The position numbers and the translations under genes were made by a program. Below, piece after piece: positions 58,971 through 64,000 of a DNA stretch of 64,000 nucleotides. The stretch's first letter is position 1, and the number at the start of each line of letters is the position of its first letter. The notes under the pieces are model-generated. The model searched no databases. It saw only the letters and a list, made by a program, of their open reading frames with translations, and had not been told where the DNA came from. Origin of the DNA: Chiloscyllium plagiosum. Lineage: Eukaryota. The stretch lies in assembly GCF_004010195.1 (NCBI RefSeq), contig NC_057723.1:17050387-17114386 (forward strand), written 5' to 3'.

Positions 58971-61900
58971 AGTTCTTACTGGGTGACTAGCTAGACATTT
59001 TCTTCTTCATGGTAGCTCAAGTCTTTTTATCATCCTTCTTTAATCAATCTGCACACTTTCCATTTTGAACTCCATTTCTTATAATCTTATCCATTTTTTT
59101 ATTCTGTTGAGGTCCTTTCAAGACACTTCTGTCCCCATCTTACAAAGAATTGCCGTGTTGTAACTGGAAACTTGAATGAACAGATCTCGAAATTTTTTCA
59201 TTTGAGTTAGCAATTTTATGTGGATAGTGAAAAGCCTATAATCTGAAACAGATCGCATAGGAAAACTTCTTGTCACACCCTATCAATATGAGTACAGTAC
59301 ATTATATTTGTCCCTATTCTCTATCTGCTACTTTAGCCAGTACCAACTAATTTTACAAGGTCACCTCTAATTCTACACATTTTAAAAAAAATTCTGATAA
59401 TCTTCAGTGTGGAATTAGAACAAACTTGTCTGAAGTTCATAAACAATCTCCATAGCCACATTCTTAGCAACCATGTTAATGACCTTCTCAAAGATTCAAT
59501 TAGATTAGCAAAGTGAGATCTACCATTATGTCTCCAGGCTGACATCAAGTAGCCTGTAGTTTTCCAAGTACTCAATCACCCTTTCCCCTATCAGCTTCTA
59601 ATAGTTACCATACAGTTGATATCAATAGAAAGTAAAACAGCAATTTGTGAATATAGACTGCTCGAAGTCAGCATCTGTAAAGAGAAAAACTTAATATTTG
59701 GGTGTAAAGCTTTCTTTCAGAACTCATTAAATAAAATATAAACAGACATCTTATTTGTGAAAAACAGAGAAAGGAATGGGCCATTGAGATTGGAGTATTT
59801 GTTATCTTTTTGCTTCAAACCTTTCTTCCTCAAACTGAAATTATGAAACTGGCAAAGTGCCTAGCATGCTAATTCACAGAAAGAAAGGATGCCTGGTTGT
59901 TAGTGTTAAGGATATTAAAACTCATTCAATTTCATTTCTCAATATTTTTATTTCATTGTCAATTGTCTTAGCAAGAAGTTTAAAATGAGCACCATAGCTA
60001 ATTTATTTAATGTTTGTTTCAGCTCTGTTAGACAAAAGTATATAATGCCTCTGTTTTGGGCATTGCATACATTAATGACACATTTAAATTGATTTATTCA
60101 TCAACATTGCTACAAAAATGGTTGATTCATGACTCATAAGAAGCATATACACAAACTGTCTGAAACGCAATTCTATTTCAGTGAAATCACCTTTGAATTG
60201 CCTCAGTACTGTTTGAAATGTTTTGTACATCTGATTTTCTGCCGTTTCCTTCTGCCCTTTATGAGCTTTTTGATTAGTTTGCAGTAAAGAAAACTTTTCG
60301 TTAAGCAATGTCTTATTTTAATTCGTTCTCAAATTCAAAATGATGTTGAAAAGAACTGCTAAGCATGATAACATTCATTGTGAAAGAAAAGCATTGCACT
60401 ATGCTTGTTTGATGATACATTTTTGGTTCTGTATGATTTTACTCATCATAAATTTGATTTTAATGGTTTAGCCTGAGTAACCTAATCTTTTGGCATGGTT
60501 TTCTTCATCTATTAGGAATGATCTCAAGGACACTGTGATCAGACCATATAATCTCTGATGCCATCTCAAGCAATAAAAAGAGTGGAGAGAATGGATTGAT
60601 GCAATTTTTACACTTCAAGCATAACATCAGAATTGGATCAGAAGAATCACATGATCACCTATGGAGGTGGAACTTCTGTCTTGGATATGCGGACAAAGTT
60701 GCAGAGTGGGGCACAAACTAGAACAGTCAGTTCTGGTGAAATATATAAACATACAATTATAGAATACTTGCAGTGCAAAAAGAAAAAAAAAGGAGGCCAT
60801 TGTGTATATGCTGGCTTTCTGGATGACTATTTCAGTTGACCCACTTTCCCAGTGACAGTGCACTTTTAAAACAAATATACAGATGCTTACCCAATCCTCT
60901 ATTGAAAGCTCCAAATGTGTTAGTCTTCTTTGTCCAGTCAGCTGCTGCTTTGCAGATCCTACCCACTCCACTCACAGCTTTTAAGAAACATTTTCTCACG
61001 TCAACTTTGCTTTCTTTTTGACAAGTTATCTTAAATCTATACCTTTGGATTTTGATTCATACCATCAGAGGAAATAGTTTCCCTCCATCTCATCTGTCCA
61101 ACACTATGATTTTGAATACCTCTATCAATCTTCAGTTTTTCTCTCTCTCTCTCTCTACTTTTTGTTCATTTTCTAGCTCTCTCTTTCCCACAATATGTAT
61201 TATATATTATTATTTATCTGTTTTATTATTCCTATGTCTTACAAAAAAACATACATAGTATAGAAATTACCTACCTAAGCATTCAAGCAGATGTTGTTTA
61301 TATTCTACTCAAGCTCTACAGTTGTAATGGGATTGACACACCAAATGACGTTTAATTTTTAAGTCAGCCTCACAAAACCACTTTCACGATATCAATCTTC
61401 GGATTGTTTGGGCTTCTCCACTAGTTGGATTTACTGTGTGGACAGGTTGATTTATTATATAGACAAGTCAGATTTATTATGTAAAATGCTTTGATTGCAT
61501 GAGTTACAATGCTAGACATAGATATTCATCTTCTTTCTCTAGATACTGACAGTTTTCAGAGCATTTCTCCAAGTGATCATCCAAATGCACAGTTATATGT
61601 TACTGCCAGCTCAGATCTGCACGCTCTGCATTTCATTCTGTAATGGCACATCAACATTTCAACACTCATGAGCTTTGGTTTACATCCGATCTTGTGTTTA
61701 AATAGATTAAACCATTGAAATCATCTTTACTCAAAAGGATAATCCAGCCGGCAGTATAAATTGTTTTACCTTCTCCTTGCAGTTCAAAGAAAAAAACACG
61801 TTTGTGCACAGAAATCCACTTGGAAGCTTGGAATAGTGAAGAGCTCAGTCATGCAAGACTATGATGAACTGAGATTAGCTGAGACTTTGTAGGATTTGAA

Positions 61901-62047
61901 GGCTTAAGTATTAAAGGAGTGCCAGCTTCATGACAAAGAATTTGATAAATCTTTTCTATTTCAGAGTAGGAAGAAGCAGAATTTCACTTTCTTTATAATT
62001 GTCACCTTTAAGTGATGAGATAGTAGTGTGATGCGTCTTAATACTAT

Positions 62048-62612
62048 TTATTGAATTGAATTTATTGTCACGTGTACCGAGGCACAGTGAAAAGCTTTGT
62101 CTTGCGAGCAAGACAGGCAGATCACAGAGTAAAGTAGCATAGATAAGTAAATAATAGGCAAACAGCGGCAAAAACAAAACACAGGTACAGGCAAATTTTA
62201 AGAGTTTGTGAGTCCATTCAGTATTCTAACAACAGTACCGTAGAAACTGTTTCGAAACCCGCTGGTGCGTGTGTTCAAGTTCAAGTTCTGTACCTTCTCC
62301 CCTATGGTGGAGGTTGTAGAAAAGCATTGCAAGGGTGGGATGGATCTTTGAGAATCCTGGTGGCCTTTCCTAGACAGAGGGCTTGGTAGATGGATTGTAT
62401 ACATGGGAGGTTGGCCTTTGAGATTGTCCGGGCCGAGTTCACCCCTCTCTGTAACCGTCTCCGATCTTGAATGGTACATTTGCCATACCAGTTAGTGATA
62501 CATCCAGACAGAATGCTCTTGATGGCGCACCTATAAAAGTTGGCAAGGATATTCGCCGTCATGCCAAATTTTCTCAGCTGCCTGAGGAAGAAGAGATGTT
62601 GTTGGACCTCAG
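62048..62612 (-). mobile_element. Rex1/Babar LINE 3' fragment
   Basis: LFFLRQLRKFG..FYRCAIKSILSGCITNWYG..RRLQR..ILKDPSHP..RTSGFRNSFY. Confidence 0.92.
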
Positions 62613-62729
62613 TCATTTACATTATGCATAATGTTTGTAAACACAGTCATCTCCTTTTTGTGAAAGTGTGATTCACTAAGGAAAATGTGGTATAATTAGA
62701 ACATGTCAAGGTAGTTTTACAAAAGGAAA

Positions 62730-64000
62730 CTCCTGTCTGGTAAAACTAAAGAGTTTTTTGAGGATATAAGTAGTAGGATGGGTAAAAGGGGAACACGTCA
62801 ATCTAACCTGTTGGATTTCCATAAGACATTCAGAAAGGTGTTGCAAAAATTTAACAAGCAAGATAAGGGCTCACGGAGTTGGGGTTGATATGCTAGCATG
62901 GATAAAGAATTGTTTAATGGGTCGGAAGCAGAGAGTGGGCATAAGCAGGACATTTTCAAGGTAGCAGGTTATGACTGGTGTAGCACCATTAGGCTGGGGT
63001 ATCAGCTAGTTATAATCCGTCTAAACAACTTTGATGAAGAGACACAGAAACATGGACCTACGTTTGTTGTTGCTGATACAAAGCTAGGTGGAAAGATATG
63101 TTGTGAGAAGGATGCGAAGATGAGGAGGAATTTCTTCTCTCTGGGTAAAGGATCTATGGAATTCTTTACTACAGAGGGCTATTGATGCTGGGTACTCCGA
63201 TATATTCAAGGTTGAGACAGATTTTTAATCGGTAAGGGAATCAAGAGTTATAGGGAAAAGGAAGGAGAGTGGAGTTGATGATTATCAGATCAGCCATGAT
63301 CTCATTGGCAGAGCTGGGTTGAATAGCTTACTTCTGCTCCTACATTGCTTGATCTAATGGACACAAAATAGCTGCGAAAAAAATAGATGGCTTAAATGAG
63401 TGGGCAACAAGATGTTAGATGGAATATAGAAAGGGACAATATGAAGATATTAAATTTGACTGTAAGAACAGAGAAGTAGAATATTTTTGGAAAGTGTGAA
63501 ATATGTAAATGTTGATGCTCAAAGTGATTGTTCCTCAAACACGGAATGCAGAACATCAGCCTGCAGGTACATCAAGCAATTGGGAAGACAGCTAACATGT
63601 TTGCCTTGTCTGCAAGGGGATTGGTGAACAAGAATAAAGAAATCTTACAGAAATGGTCAAACCTTTGGAAAATAATGTGCAGTTTTGGCCTCCGCATTTA
63701 GGGAATGATACTATCGGATTGGAGGCATTATAGCCAAGTTTAATTAGATTGATCTTTGTCCTGAGTTGAAAGGCTGAGTAAATTGGGCCTATAATATCTG
63801 GAGTTTAGACAAATGAAAGATGATTATGCTGACACGTAGAAGATGCCCCTGGAGGCTTGAGACTTTAAATGCTGACAGATTATTTCTGTTGGTCAGGAGC
63901 TCTGAAACAAGGGGTGCATTATTAGGATAAAGGACAGACTATTTAGGAATGAGATGAAAAGAAATTACTTTTCTCAGAGGAATGTGAATTTTTGGAATCC
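62730..64000 (+). mobile_element. Decayed CR1 RT, with a second CR1 3' end nested at ~63118-63357
   Basis: LDFHKTFRKV, VADTKLGG (FADDTKLGG-like), VQFWPP, FSQRNVNFWN traces. Confidence 0.8.

Overview
Vertebrate genomic DNA, very probably from a shark or other elasmobranch (inferred from the HE1/V-SINE, HER1-type CR1, DeuSINE-like and Penelope repeat complement). I recognise no host protein-coding exon. The window reads as a gene-poor, repeat-rich intergenic or intronic region with CR1, L2, Rex1/Babar, Penelope, Gypsy, solo LTRs, SINEs and Harbinger/Tigger remnants, plus a few TE-free islands that look like enhancers. Three N-gaps all abut young repeats. The main structural feature is a ~7.9 kb palindrome: two ~2.89 kb arms (5675-8561 and 10115-13536, ~99.7% identical by eye) around a 1.55 kb spacer. 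A 534-bp CR1 is inserted in only one arm and the inner junction is a patchwork. Also notable: two families of Penelope-derived short units with minimal hammerhead-ribozyme cores, several of them TSD-flanked and self-complementary; a young TG..CA solo LTR with a perfect 5-bp TSD; and a nearly intact CR1 ORF1 SGNH esterase. All family names come from motif recognition, not database searches, and the boundaries of old repeats are approximate.
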